Both the position numbers and the translations under genes were made by a program. From Bdellovibrionales bacterium (GTDB taxonomy: Bacteria; Bdellovibrionota; Bdellovibrionia; Bdellovibrionales; JAUICD01), in NCBI GenBank assembly GCA_965262715.1, contig OZ253553.1:864001-928000 (forward strand): DNA of 64,000 nucleotides. Direction: 5' to 3'. The notes beneath the pieces are model-generated. The model saw nothing but the letters and a program-made list of their open reading frames with translations, was not told the origin of the DNA and made no database searches. Below are positions 19,624 to 30,139 of the stretch, in pieces; within the stretch, counting starts at the first letter, position 1; each line of letters begins with the position of its first letter.

Positions 19624-19810
19624 TGCAATAATCCAGAGTTGTGGCAGTCCAGCAAACGGACAACAAGCCCCTGAAATAGTTGTTAGACTGCCCGGAATAA
19701 CAAAGATTTACCACTTTAATGTCTCTTTCGGGGATGGTTAAAATCCCTCGCCTTTAAGCGACGCTCGATTCTATTTGAACCCGAGGGCTTCAAATCGAGG
19801 GTTGTTCAGT
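19624..19810. other. GC-richer structured non-coding segment, possibly an IS200/IS605-type end remnant
   Basis: Nested stems ggcagtc/gactgcc, acaac/gttgt, ccctcg/cgaggg, tttgaa/ttcaaa; aaatccctcgcctttaagcg resembles IS200/IS605 subterminal hairpins. Confidence 0.4.
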
Positions 19811-19861
19811 TGTTAATGTGTATATTTCATAATACAAAAATTTATTTTTGAGACCACAGTT

Positions 19862-21358
19862 CTAATATTTTTTTTTAAAAATCATTCTTAAAATAATTTG
19901 CTGTATGACATTTCTTTTTATCATCTTGAAGAATATAAAATTTACAATATCTTCTTCATCCGCATTATCTATATTTTCAAAAGGGCTAAGATCTATTTTA
20001 AATTTATTAATTATTTCTATTTTACTTAGTTGTTTATTTGTTTTTAAAGTTCTTTTAAGCTCTCTTTCTATAGATTCGAAAAGATTCCATTCTTCAGCGA
20101 GCCTTTTAACCAAAAAATCTTCTGAGATAATATGTATTGCTTCATTTTTAAAAAGATCTTCTTTTTTCCATGTTTCTATTTGCTTATCAATTATATAAGA
20201 CTGAGTCTTTTCATGTTTTTTTAAAAAATATCTTTTTGCTTCTTGCATAGAATTTTCTTCTTGCGTCAATATATCTTCTTCAGGTATATGTATAGGGTTT
20301 TTTTTAACTAACTCTTTTAAAATATCTCTTTCAAATTTTTCTTCAATTCTTTTTTTCTCTAGATTTGTATATTCTTTTTTAAGCTTTTTATTCATGTCTT
20401 TAATGGAGGAAAATCCACTTTCTTTTGCAAATGTGTCATTTGCTTTTGGAGGGGACATATTGAAGATTTGCTTTAAATGGATTTGTAAAGTAAAAGAAGA
20501 TTTTGAATATAAAGGATGAGTATTTGGGAATATTACTGGAATTTTTTTAATTTGGCCGGGTTTCATATCAATAATATTGGTTATTAAAAGTTCACTCAAA
20601 TATTCATCAAAAAATACGACTAACATTTTTTCCACTGTGAGAATGCTGGGTATGAATGTGATTTTTTTAACATCATCAATATCTTTTTTTATTATATCTG
20701 TAAAGGTGTCTTCAATAATGTAAGAAGATGCATCTAAATCAAGGTTAAAGGCCATAAAAACAAAATCATTTAAAGATTCTATTAAATTATTATTAAGGAA
20801 ATATTTACAATCTATAAGCGCATATTCACCAGGGTTTGTTTTACGTATTTCATTAATGGGTATTCGAACACTTAAAATTTCTCTTTCTCTATTAATCTCT
20901 CGTTCAATTATCTTATTTACTTTTTTCATTTCGAACTTTTCTTTCACGACAAGGAGTTCATGAATGCTTTCGAATAAGTGATCTATTCCTTTAATGAATA
21001 CATCTTTTTGAGCTTCAAACTCTATAGAAAACTTCAAAGAGACATCTTTTTCAAATTGTTCTAGTTGTATATTCGATTCTTTAATGAGATTTAATTGATG
21101 GGAGCGCATAGCCTTATTTACAAATTTATTGACTAAATAATTGAGTACATCTTTTTGAACTTCTTTTTGGTAGATTTTATGGACTATTTCTAGTGGAGCT
21201 TTCCCTGGGCGAAACCCTTTAATATTGGATTTAGCTTGTGCCTTGCTATAAAAAAAATTAAAAGTTTCATCTACAACTTCAGATGGAATTTCAATAAACA
21301 TATTATACTTTTTATCTGAGATATGGGTTAAGTTAGTGATCACTTCATTTTTTATCAT
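19862..21358 (-). CDS. tig: Trigger factor, divergent
   Basis: Ribosome-binding signature IKGFRPGKAP; FKBP-like middle region (MKPGQ.K...V.FP); very AT-rich. Confidence 0.8.
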   Translation of the reverse strand: MIKNEVITNLTHISDKKYNMFIEIPSEVVDETFNFFYSKAQAKSNIKGFRPGKAPLEIVHKIYQKEVQKDVLNYLVNKFVNKAMRSHQLNLIKESNIQLEQFEKDVSLKFSIEFEAQKDVFIKGIDHLFESIHELLVVKEKFEMKKVNKIIEREINREREILSVRIPINEIRKTNPGEYALIDCKYFLNNNLIESLNDFVFMAFNLDLDASSYIIEDTFTDIIKKDIDDVKKITFIPSILTVEKMLVVFFDEYLSELLITNIIDMKPGQIKKIPVIFPNTHPLYSKSSFTLQIHLKQIFNMSPPKANDTFAKESGFSSIKDMNKKLKKEYTNLEKKRIEEKFERDILKELVKKNPIHIPEEDILTQEENSMQEAKRYFLKKHEKTQSYIIDKQIETWKKEDLFKNEAIHIISEDFLVKRLAEEWNLFESIERELKRTLKTNKQLSKIEIINKFKIDLSPFENIDNADEEDIVNFIFFKMIKRNVIQQIILRMIFKKKY

Positions 21359-21592
21359 TATGAACCTCCTTTAAAATTCTCAGGTAGCTTTTCCATATAT
21401 CATTTTTCACCTATGATCAATAAATAATCTCTTAAATTTCTTTTTTAAAAAACTATGGCGATTGCCCAAAATTCTATAAAGAACTGAAATTATTATGCAA
21501 AGCACCTATAATATGGTGAAGTTTTTATAAATCAAAAAGATATTTTTTTTTCTAAATTAGGTAGAAATAATTGCCATAAAAAATCAAGGGTA

Positions 21593-22093
21593 CTAGAGAT
21601 GAGAAAAATAAGGGTGCAGTGTATTATAGACGTGTTCTAAGCTCATAGAGATCACCTTCGTTTCTGCGATTAGAGGTAGGAAATTTGTATCTCCAGACCA
21701 CCTAGGTATAATGTGGTAGTGAAGATGCTCCGGCAATCCTGCTCCAGCATGACTTCCTAAGTTGATCCCAATATTTAGAGCTTCTGGATTAAATGCTTTT
21801 TGCAAAATATCTAAGGTTATTTTGATAGTTTCTTGTACCTTGATGTACTCTTCTTGAGGAAGTTTTAGAAGATTAGATTCATGTGTGCGTGGCAAAATCA
21901 ATAAATGACCACTATTATAAGGATACTTATTCACAAAGACTAAGCTAAAATCATCGTGGTAAAGGATTAAAGATTCAAAACACACTCCTTGTTTAAGCGC
22001 ATGGCAAAAAGTACATGGAGCAGGTGTTTTTTTTCTCGCTTTTGTAATATACTTGATGCGATCTGGGCGGAACCAAAGATTTAACCTCGACAT
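21593..22093 (-). CDS. HIT-family hydrolase (Ap4A phosphorylase-like)
   Basis: CTFC, NKYPYNSGHLL, AGAGLPEHLHYHIIPRW. Confidence 0.92.
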   Translation of the reverse strand: MSRLNLWFRPDRIKYITKARKKTPAPCTFCHALKQGVCFESLILYHDDFSLVFVNKYPYNSGHLLILPRTHESNLLKLPQEEYIKVQETIKITLDILQKAFNPEALNIGINLGSHAGAGLPEHLHYHIIPRWSGDTNFLPLIAETKVISMSLEHVYNTLHPYFSHL

Positions 22094-22134
22094 TTGTAAG
22101 TTCCTTTTTTACACACATTAAGTAAGTTATCAGG

Positions 22135-23067
22135 TCAATGAGATGGCATTAAATACATAGGAGTTTGGGGATAAAATAAGAAAGAAAAAAAGTGGCTTCC
22201 AGGATAAAAACTTTCTATGTCTTCAAACCATCTAAAAAATGAAGACCTATCTTTAGGATTAAAAATTTTTAAAGATGCTTCACCAGTTAGTTCTTCTGCA
22301 AGTTCAATAGCATCTGAGAAATTACCCACTTTATCAGCAAAGCCTAACTCTACAGCTTTTTCACCGGTAAAAATACGGCCATCTGCATTTCGGTCAACCA
22401 AGCCTGGATCAAGATTGCGTCCTTTTACAATATCATCTTTAAATTGTTTTAAAACTTCATCCAAAACACCTCGTAAATAAGTTTCTTCTTCTGTGGACAT
22501 ACTTCTATAATCTGCACCCACATCTTTATACTTACCTGTTTTAATTGCATATCTTCTAATTTTAGCCCACTTGTAAAGATTTTCTAAATTAGCAAAGTTT
22601 ATAATGACTCCAATAGATCCCACAAGGGTACCTGCTTGAGTGACAATTTGATCTGCTCCTGCAGAAATATAATAAGCTCCGCTTGTAGCTATAGCTTCAA
22701 GAGACATAATAACAGGTTTTTTAAACTCCTCGCGTATTTTAATTAATTCTCTATAGATAGCTTGACTTGGGCCTACAGCACCTCCAGGTGAATTGACCCT
22801 TATCACAACAGCCTTTACACTATCTTTATCAATATAATCTCTTAAGGTTTTGAGAAATTTACTGGATCTCATAATGACTCCTTCAAGGTCTAAAACTAAA
22901 ACTGATGAGTCATTTGACAATGTTTTTGTACTTCTATTTGAAACTAATGATTGTAAAGCTCCATAAGATAAGAAAACACCTATTGCAATACTTAAGAATG
23001 TAAATAGGAAAGATAATTTCCAAAAGTTTTTAAAAAAAGATGAAAAACACTTAGACCATGATGCCAT
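22135..23067 (-). CDS. sppA: Signal peptide peptidase SppA (36K type)
   Basis: RVNSPGG, ATSGAYY, GSIGV, KTGKYKD, DGRIFTG. Confidence 0.93.
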   Translation of the reverse strand: MASWSKCFSSFFKNFWKLSFLFTFLSIAIGVFLSYGALQSLVSNRSTKTLSNDSSVLVLDLEGVIMRSSKFLKTLRDYIDKDSVKAVVIRVNSPGGAVGPSQAIYRELIKIREEFKKPVIMSLEAIATSGAYYISAGADQIVTQAGTLVGSIGVIINFANLENLYKWAKIRRYAIKTGKYKDVGADYRSMSTEEETYLRGVLDEVLKQFKDDIVKGRNLDPGLVDRNADGRIFTGEKAVELGFADKVGNFSDAIELAEELTGEASLKIFNPKDRSSFFRWFEDIESFYPGSHFFSFLFYPQTPMYLMPSH

Positions 23068-23199
23068 AAATCTCTCCCTTGATTTTATCTCTTAAAATAT
23101 CCTAAGATAGTTTTTTAAATATATTTACTATAAAAGTCTCAGATATGCTATAAGTCAACCTAAAAAACCTACTTTGTTGAACGACTTTTAGGGGCTGGC

Positions 23200-23640
23200 T
23201 ACCTTTCAAGTTTTTTATTTTAAAAGGTTTTAGGGCATGAAAATTAAGTATTTTGACATAGTTTATACAAATAAGCACTAATTTATCAGCTTCCTTGATG
23301 AGTTGAATATGACCAATAGTTTCTAATATCGCTTGAACCTGTTTCACTTAAATAAATCAGCCTCTCAAGGCAAACCTCTCGAGGCAAGTCTCTGACGACT
23401 AATGTCTTCAGCAAATAGATGATTCTAGAAAGTCTGCTTATTTTGAGTAAGGAAGTATTTCTCATTTTTTATATCATGCTAAGAAAACTATTTAAGTTAT
23501 ATTCGAGGTTAATTCTATAAAGTGTCCTTTGGTCTTTTGATGTTGACTTTACGTTGTCTTCAAATAAATTAAAAACAGATTTTGTTACCAGATACTATCT
23601 GCCGGTCATCTGTTTTACCTGATTGTCAGATTAAAATAAA
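23200..23640 (-). pseudogene. Decayed copy of the four-helix-bundle element with hairpin insert
   Basis: Minus strand reads VFNLFEDNVKSTSKDQRTLYRINL, then the hairpin/tail (23346-23501), then VQAILETIGHIQLIKEADKL, colinear with 59290-59637. Confidence 0.7.
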
Positions 23641-23740
23641 AGCTTAATAAGATATAGCTTGTAATTTCAATGATTTATATCGAAACAACAACAGTCCCTA
23701 GCATAGGTTTAATATACTCTTTCTAAAAGGTGTTTTTTAA

Positions 23741-25363
23741 ATGATTTTTGCAAGAAAATATTTTAGAAATATTAGAATATTTTTTGCTTTGCTCTGCACT
23801 CTTCTATCCGCTTGTAAGAGTCAAAAATCCGAAAGTTTTGTTTATTGTTCTGAGGGTGCCCCTAGCAGTTTTAACCCACAAATAGCGATGGACGGCACAA
23901 CATACAATGCTACATATCCAATTTACAATACTCTTGTTGCCTTTAAATATGGCACAACAGATATTATCCCAAGTTTAGCTGAAAATTGGCAGATAGATGC
24001 TAAAGGATTGGAGTACACATTTCATTTAAGAAAAAATGTGGCATTTCACACAACACCTTATTTTACTCCAACTCGCAACTTCAATGTAGATGATGTGATT
24101 TTTAGTTTTCAAAGACAAAAAGACAGGAACCACCCTTATCACAATGTTAACAACGCTATATACCGTTATTTTCAATCCATGAGTATGAATAAAGTTATCA
24201 AAGATATTGTCAAGATAAATGATCATAGAGTTAAGTTTATTCTTCAAAAAGTAGAAGCTTCTTTTCTTAAAAATCTAGCTATGGATTTTGCAAGTATTTT
24301 ATCTAAAGAATACGCTGATCAACTTTTAAAATCTGAAAATCCTCAAAAAATAGATTATGAGCCTATTGGAACAGGTCCTTTTTCATTTATTGAATATCAA
24401 AAAGACACTTTTATAAAGTATAAGGCATTTGAGAGTTATTTTTCAAAAAGAGGTAATATTAAGGCAATTACTTTTGTTATTACACCTGATGCAAGCTTGC
24501 GGCTTCAAAAACTTAAAACAAATGAGTGTCAATTTATGGCTTATCCTCAAGTTACAGATTTGGAGACTATCAAAAAAAATAAGAATCTCAAGCTTATAAA
24601 AAAGCCAGGGTTTAACATAGGTTATCTTGCTATGAATGTTAAAAAAAAGCCTTTTGATAATCAGCTTGTACGGCAGGCTATCAATCATGCTTTAAATAAA
24701 GAGGCATACATTAAAACTATTTATTTAGGCAATGCTAAAAAAGCTAAAAATCCTATTCCTCCTATGCTTTGGGGTTATAATGAAAATACCGAAGAATATG
24801 CTTACGATCCACAGAAAGCCAAAACCTTATTGAAAAAAGCGGGGTTTTCTAAGGGCTTTAAAACAGACTTATGGGTTTTACCCGTAGCAAGACCTTATAT
24901 GCCTGCAGGTAAAAAACTAGGAGAGATGATGCAAATGGATCTAGCAAAAATAGGTATCTCTGTAAAACTGCTAACTTATGATTGGCCTACATTTTTAAGT
25001 AAAGCAGGCCGAGGTGATCATACTTTAATACAAATAGGATGGAGAACAGATAATGGAGATCCTGATAATTTCTTTTACACTCTTTTGAGCTGCGATGCTA
25101 TCAAAGGAGGTTCTAATTTATCATCATGGTGTCACAAAGCATTTGACCATCTTGTGACCAAGGCTAAAAGATCACGAAATATTCAAGAAAGAATTAACCT
25201 TTATAAGAAGGCGCAAAAGATTTTTCATCAAGAAAGCCCTTGGGTTCCTTTGGTTCATTCTATGGTTTATCGCGCAATGAATAAAAATGTGTTTGGCTAT
25301 AAAATACATCCTACAGATCGTGATATCTTTACATTTATAAATATCAAAAAAGATAGCAAATAA
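23741..25363 (+). CDS. dppA: Dipeptide ABC transporter substrate-binding lipoprotein
   Basis: Lipobox LSAC; VYCSEG.P..FNP, PIGTGPF, RPYMP, GW..DNGDPDNF. Confidence 0.9.
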   Translation: MIFARKYFRNIRIFFALLCTLLSACKSQKSESFVYCSEGAPSSFNPQIAMDGTTYNATYPIYNTLVAFKYGTTDIIPSLAENWQIDAKGLEYTFHLRKNVAFHTTPYFTPTRNFNVDDVIFSFQRQKDRNHPYHNVNNAIYRYFQSMSMNKVIKDIVKINDHRVKFILQKVEASFLKNLAMDFASILSKEYADQLLKSENPQKIDYEPIGTGPFSFIEYQKDTFIKYKAFESYFSKRGNIKAITFVITPDASLRLQKLKTNECQFMAYPQVTDLETIKKNKNLKLIKKPGFNIGYLAMNVKKKPFDNQLVRQAINHALNKEAYIKTIYLGNAKKAKNPIPPMLWGYNENTEEYAYDPQKAKTLLKKAGFSKGFKTDLWVLPVARPYMPAGKKLGEMMQMDLAKIGISVKLLTYDWPTFLSKAGRGDHTLIQIGWRTDNGDPDNFFYTLLSCDAIKGGSNLSSWCHKAFDHLVTKAKRSRNIQERINLYKKAQKIFHQESPWVPLVHSMVYRAMNKNVFGYKIHPTDRDIFTFINIKKDSK

Positions 25364-25421
25364 AAGCTTAAAATACTGAATTCATAATGCTTATGACCAT
25401 CATTTCCAGATAAATATATAA

Positions 25422-25540
25422 GGTTCATAACTATTTAAGCATTCTTTTTTTTCCGGGATATGGCAAACCGGCACTCTGGCATACAGTACCCGGAATCAAA
25501 ATATCCGGCATCTGTTTCTAGGTTGCCTTGGTTGCCTAAA
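25422..25540 (+). repeat. Left-end remnant of the GGTTCATG element family
   Basis: ggttcataac...ttccgggat...cagtacccggaatcaaaatatccg matches 58773-58850. Confidence 0.7.
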
Positions 25541-25814
25541 GAAGTACTTGGTAATACACTTCATGGTTTTTAAGATGAATTTATAATATTCATTAGTATA
25601 ATCTTTCATAAGTGCATAAAAGGTATTTTTGATCAAATATGAGACATTTATATCTTTTTAAATTTTTTTTAATAAGCTTGCAGCATAGTATAAATATTTG
25701 TTTTATAAGGAGAAAATTAATAATTTATTAGACCATATTTTGTTATCATATAAGTCAAAAAATCCGATACATTTCATAATATCAACGAGTTTAACCTTTA
25801 GTACATAAAAAGTT

Positions 25815-27407
25815 ATGCGCATAAATTTTTTACTTATATCTCTTAGTATTTTTTCTCTTATAGGAATAGGAGGTTATTTTTGGCCACTTATTTGGTGGCT
25901 ATTTGCACCTACTACTCTTTGTTTTTCAATTGGCTTGGTAGATATGGCCCAAAAAAAGCGGGCTATTTTAAAGAACTTTCCAGTTATTGGTCGCCTAAGA
26001 TATTTTTTTGAAGCTATACGTCCTGAGATTCAACAGTACTTTGTAGAGAACAATACAAATGGGACACCTTTTTCTCGTGAGTATCGGAGCATTGTTTATC
26101 AGAGAGCTAAGAGAGCTTTAGATACTGTGCCTTTCGGCACAGAAAGAGATGTGTATTCCGTTGGTTATGAGTGGGTCAATCATTCTCTGACCCCAGAAAA
26201 GGTAGACCCTCAAAGTTTACGTGTGCTCATAGGAGGAAAAGATTGCAAAAAACCTTACTCTTGTAGTGTTTTTAACATAGCTGCTATGAGTTATGGCTCT
26301 TTGAGCAAAAATGCTATTTTAGCACTTAATGGTGGAGCTAAAATGGGAAATTTTTACCATAATACAGGAGAAGGTTCCATTAGTCCTCATCACCGCAAGC
26401 CAGGAGGAGATATTGTATGGCAGATTGGTACTGGTTATTTTGGATGTCGGGATAAGATGGGAGAATTTTCTGAAGACGTATTTCAAGAAGCAGCATCTGA
26501 TGATCAGGTTAAAATGATAGAGCTTAAGCTTTCTCAAGGAGCTAAGCCAGCACATGGAGGCATTCTTCCTGCTAAAAAAATCACATCTGAAATTGCTAAG
26601 ATAAGAGGAGTGCAAATGGGGGAAGATATTGTTTCTCCTGCTTATCATAGCACATTTCAAACGCCTCGTGGACTTTTACACTTTATACAAAAATTAAGAG
26701 AACTTTCTGAACACAAACCTGTTGGTTTTAAATTATGTATTGGCCATCATTATGAATTTGTTGCTATATGCCAAGCTATGTTAGAGGAGAAAATTTATCC
26801 AGATTTTATAGCTGTGGATGGAGGAGAAGGCGGTACAGGCGCAGCACCTCTTGAGTTTTCTAACGCTGTTGGTATGCCACTTGATGAAAGCCTTGTTTTT
26901 GTACATGACATATTGGCAGGATATAACCTTAAAAAACATATTAAATTGATCTGTTCAGGTAAAGTGATCACTGCATTTCAAATGTTAAATAAAATAGCTC
27001 TTGGCGCAGATGTTTTAACATCTGCCAGAGGAATGATGATGGCGTTAGGTTGTATTCAAGCTAGAAAATGCAACTCTAATAATTGTCCAGTGGGCGTGGC
27101 TACACAGAAAACCCATCTGGTGATTGGGTTAGATGTAAAAGATAAAAAAAATCGTGTTTATTTTTATCATAAAAAAAATATTGAGAACCTTGCCGCTCTT
27201 ATTGGCGCAACAGGCTGTAGTCTAGCTGATGAGATTGAAAGAAGTTTTATAAATAGACGTATTAATAGGACAGAGGTGAGAACTTATGAAGAACTCTTTC
27301 CTTCAATTAAAGCTGGAGATTTTCTTAATGGTCATATTCCAGAAAAATTTAGAATTGATATCCAGCTAGCAACCCCAGATTCTTTTAAAGCCAAAATAGC
27401 TGCTTAA
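25815..27407 (+). CDS. FMN-binding glutamate synthase family protein
   Basis: AMSYGSLS, NTGEG, ELKLSQGAKPAHGG, DGGEGGTGAAP, CIQARKCNSNNCPVG cluster. Confidence 0.93.
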   Translation: MRINFLLISLSIFSLIGIGGYFWPLIWWLFAPTTLCFSIGLVDMAQKKRAILKNFPVIGRLRYFFEAIRPEIQQYFVENNTNGTPFSREYRSIVYQRAKRALDTVPFGTERDVYSVGYEWVNHSLTPEKVDPQSLRVLIGGKDCKKPYSCSVFNIAAMSYGSLSKNAILALNGGAKMGNFYHNTGEGSISPHHRKPGGDIVWQIGTGYFGCRDKMGEFSEDVFQEAASDDQVKMIELKLSQGAKPAHGGILPAKKITSEIAKIRGVQMGEDIVSPAYHSTFQTPRGLLHFIQKLRELSEHKPVGFKLCIGHHYEFVAICQAMLEEKIYPDFIAVDGGEGGTGAAPLEFSNAVGMPLDESLVFVHDILAGYNLKKHIKLICSGKVITAFQMLNKIALGADVLTSARGMMMALGCIQARKCNSNNCPVGVATQKTHLVIGLDVKDKKNRVYFYHKKNIENLAALIGATGCSLADEIERSFINRRINRTEVRTYEELFPSIKAGDFLNGHIPEKFRIDIQLATPDSFKAKIAA

Positions 27408-27597
27408 ATAAAAACCCTTTAAAAAATTCAAAAAATCTTGCTATTTTCTTAAGTTTCATCTATCTTCACAAAAAACTTACTTATTGAGTGAAACAGTCCT
27501 TTTATGTGGTATTTCAGTTAAGAGGTTGTTTTGAAAATGTGAGCACAGGAAGTTATTTTAAGATGAGTTCTAATGAATTAGATTGTAGGAGATAATT

Positions 27598-28107
27598 ATG
27601 AAGCATTCAAGATCAAGACTTCTTTTAATTGTTATATTTTGTAGTATAACCCTCAATTCACCATCTATTGCAGATGCAGCAGATGCAAAAAGTTATTGTG
27701 CTAGAGCCTTAAGTAATGCAAATAAATTATTAAAAAACTTAGCGCATGGAAAAACGGCTTTGATGTATGCAGCCCAACATGGTGATGTTAATTTCGTATT
27801 AGAAGCTGTAAGAAAAAAATTTATTCCTAGAAGTAGCACAGGAGAGTCGCTTGCACAATATCACTTTTATTTATATGTTAATCATGTAGATTCTAATGGT
27901 AAAACAGCTTTGATGTATGCAGCTGAAAAGGGCCACAAAGATGCTGTTATCACTTTAATACGCGCAGCTGCCGACATAAATATTAAAGATGGAAATAATA
28001 AAACAGCTTCAATACATGCAGCTGAAAATGGCCACCATGATATTGCAGAAATGCTAACAAGAGAAGATATCTTAGATGAGTTAGGTGGTCTATCTTATGT
28101 ATTTTAA
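27598..28107 (+). CDS. Secreted ankyrin-repeat protein
   Basis: Signal peptide; GKTALMYAA repeats. Confidence 0.88.
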   Translation: MKHSRSRLLLIVIFCSITLNSPSIADAADAKSYCARALSNANKLLKNLAHGKTALMYAAQHGDVNFVLEAVRKKFIPRSSTGESLAQYHFYLYVNHVDSNGKTALMYAAEKGHKDAVITLIRAAADINIKDGNNKTASIHAAENGHHDIAEMLTREDILDELGGLSYVF

Positions 28108-28148
28108 TAAATAGAAAAAATTTGCATTTTTGCATTAATTAAAAGTAA

Positions 28149-28290
28149 GGTTCATGACACCTTAAGGTGTTAACGTTTTCAATTGGATATGTCTTTAACT
28201 TATAATTAATTCAATCTTTTTATCCGGGATTCTGGCAAACTTGGAGCTTATTTATATAAGCTATGTCAAAACACCTGATTCTTATAATTA
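28149..28290 (+). repeat. Deletion derivative of the GGTTCATG element
   Basis: TIR ggttcatgacaccttaa (1 mismatch to 58773), atccgggat motif, then codons for KLGAYLYKLCQNT*, the four-helix C-terminus. Confidence 0.7.
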
Positions 28291-28720
28291 AGGACTGTTA
28301 AATCAACACCCCCTTTCTAGACCTATTTGTCTTGCCCCTTGCAAAATAGTAACCACTCATCTGAGCAAACTTTCCAGGCGAAATCTAAGTCTAAATGCTC
28401 TTAATAAATGTGAAATAAATATTGTATAATACATTATTTTATTTTGTATTATACAAATTTTATATTTTATAATACAAATAAATAGGAGTTTTTCATCTAT
28501 TTTTTCTATTCATTTTTTTGGCTTCATCAATCCTCTTCATGCAAACCCCATATCAAGGGTTGAGTACAATAGAGGGGTAAATGGCCTATCAAGGCCTTTT
28601 AAACGTATATAGAGAGCTTAAGAAGGGTTAGAAAAGACCCTTTAAAACCTCTACTGATAAGTCAAATTCTATTTATAAGATGCTTCCTATGTAGTATATA
28701 AGGCATAAGACTTAAGTCGG

Positions 28721-28763
28721 TGTGACTTTTAGTTAAAAGTTACAGTATCAAGTAGTTGAAATT
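28721..28763 (-). promoter_or_regulatory. Third IHF-like + palindrome (8-bp core) site
   Basis: Reverse complement ttcaactacttgatactgtaactt-ttaactaa-aagtcaca aligns with 8889-8928. Confidence 0.5.
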
Positions 28764-28896
28764 ATTATGTTTTTTTCCTTAAATATATTACTTTTCGTAT
28801 TATGTTTCATTAATATGAAACATTTTATTAGAAAAATTATTTTCCGCACAAGTTGAAAAAACAGTATAAGAATGGGCTTTAATGAAAGTCTTACCA

Positions 28897-29454
28897 TTAC
28901 AAAATGAGCTTTTTAAGCTCTTTTTGTGAATAGATATAATTGGCATAGATCATTGTATTGGTGATACTGCGATGCCCTAATGCCAACTGGACTAATCTTA
29001 GATCTTTTGTTTTTTTATAGAGTTCAATAGCAAATGTATGCCTCAAAGCATGAAGTTTTTTATTAACAGGCCTGTAATGTCCCCATATTTGTCGAAAGCG
29101 GTTATATGAAATCTCAAAAAGCTGTTGTTCTGATTTTGCATTAGAAAGTCTCGCATATTTCATAAGTTTTTTAAAAAGACGAGGACTTAAAGGTAGTTCC
29201 CTATCATTTGAATTTTTAATTCCTCTAAAAAAAATGGTTTGATCAAATTCATTTATATCTGAATACCTAAGATTGAGTATTTCTGTTGCCCTGGCTCCTG
29301 TTTTTAAGGCTACATAAAGAATTAAAGCATCTCTAGGATAAACTTGCATACATTCTTTGAGGATACCTTCTAATTGTTCTACTTCATGAGCTAAAAGGTA
29401 TTTATTTTTATTTAATCCATATAGTTTTACTTGCTCTTGTTTTTCCAAATCCAT
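28897..29454 (-). CDS. Small tyrosine recombinase (catalytic domain only, 185 aa)
   Basis: TGAR (R), GIK (K), HALRH (HxxR), LGH, TMIY (Y) are all present. Confidence 0.9.
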   Translation of the reverse strand: MDLEKQEQVKLYGLNKNKYLLAHEVEQLEGILKECMQVYPRDALILYVALKTGARATEILNLRYSDINEFDQTIFFRGIKNSNDRELPLSPRLFKKLMKYARLSNAKSEQQLFEISYNRFRQIWGHYRPVNKKLHALRHTFAIELYKKTKDLRLVQLALGHRSITNTMIYANYIYSQKELKKLIL

Positions 29455-29668
29455 TTTGTAAATACCTTTTGCTGCTTTAAACTTATACTCTATTTATAGG
29501 CATTTTTAAAGAATAAAATACATCAAACTCAAGAGTAGAGGCTATAGTGGGCTTAAGTTTCTAAATAGAATTTTTAATTTAAAAATTTATTTTAAAAATA
29601 ACTTGAATCTTTTTAATAAAATTGCGAGTTTTCTGTATAGTCACTAAGTACTTATCTTAAAGAGGAGA

Positions 29669-30058
29669 TTGCAAACTGTGAAGGACGATCGATTTAAACT
29701 ACAATATCATATTCCAAAGCTTTCTTATATCCTTTTTAGAGCTTTAAAGTCTCCTCTATTGATTTATTTTACTATTGCTGGAAACTTGCTGACTTTTTCT
29801 GCAGCTTATATTTTTTATTTTTTTGAAAATGAAATAAATGAAAATGTATCTAGTTATTTAGATGCAGTTTGGTGGGCTCTTTGCACTGTTTCTACAGTTG
29901 GTTATGGTGATATTGTTCCAGTAACAATAGCAGGTCGTATTGTTGGGGTATTTCTTATTATTGTAGGAGTGGCTTTCTTTTTAGGATTTATGGCAGCTCT
30001 TGTTTCAATGATGTCTACCTTTATTGCAGAAGAACAAAGGAATATAAAGAGAAGATAA
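29669..30058 (+). CDS. Two-TM potassium channel (KcsA-like)
   Basis: TVSTVGYGD selectivity filter; RBS gaggag before TTG. Confidence 0.92.
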   Translation: MQTVKDDRFKLQYHIPKLSYILFRALKSPLLIYFTIAGNLLTFSAAYIFYFFENEINENVSSYLDAVWWALCTVSTVGYGDIVPVTIAGRIVGVFLIIVGVAFFLGFMAALVSMMSTFIAEEQRNIKRR

Positions 30059-30139
30059 TTTTTTTGTTAAAAATAAAACACAAGTAAGCTTGTGATTTTA
30101 TCGCTTTTTAACTAACAACAAAACAATTTTGTACAGTTT

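Noticed and set aside
28400..28830. oriC, dif or integron attI next to the recombinase
   Set aside because: AT-rich, but no DnaA-box cluster, no convincing dif consensus, no attC cassettes, and the protein is far too short for IntI.
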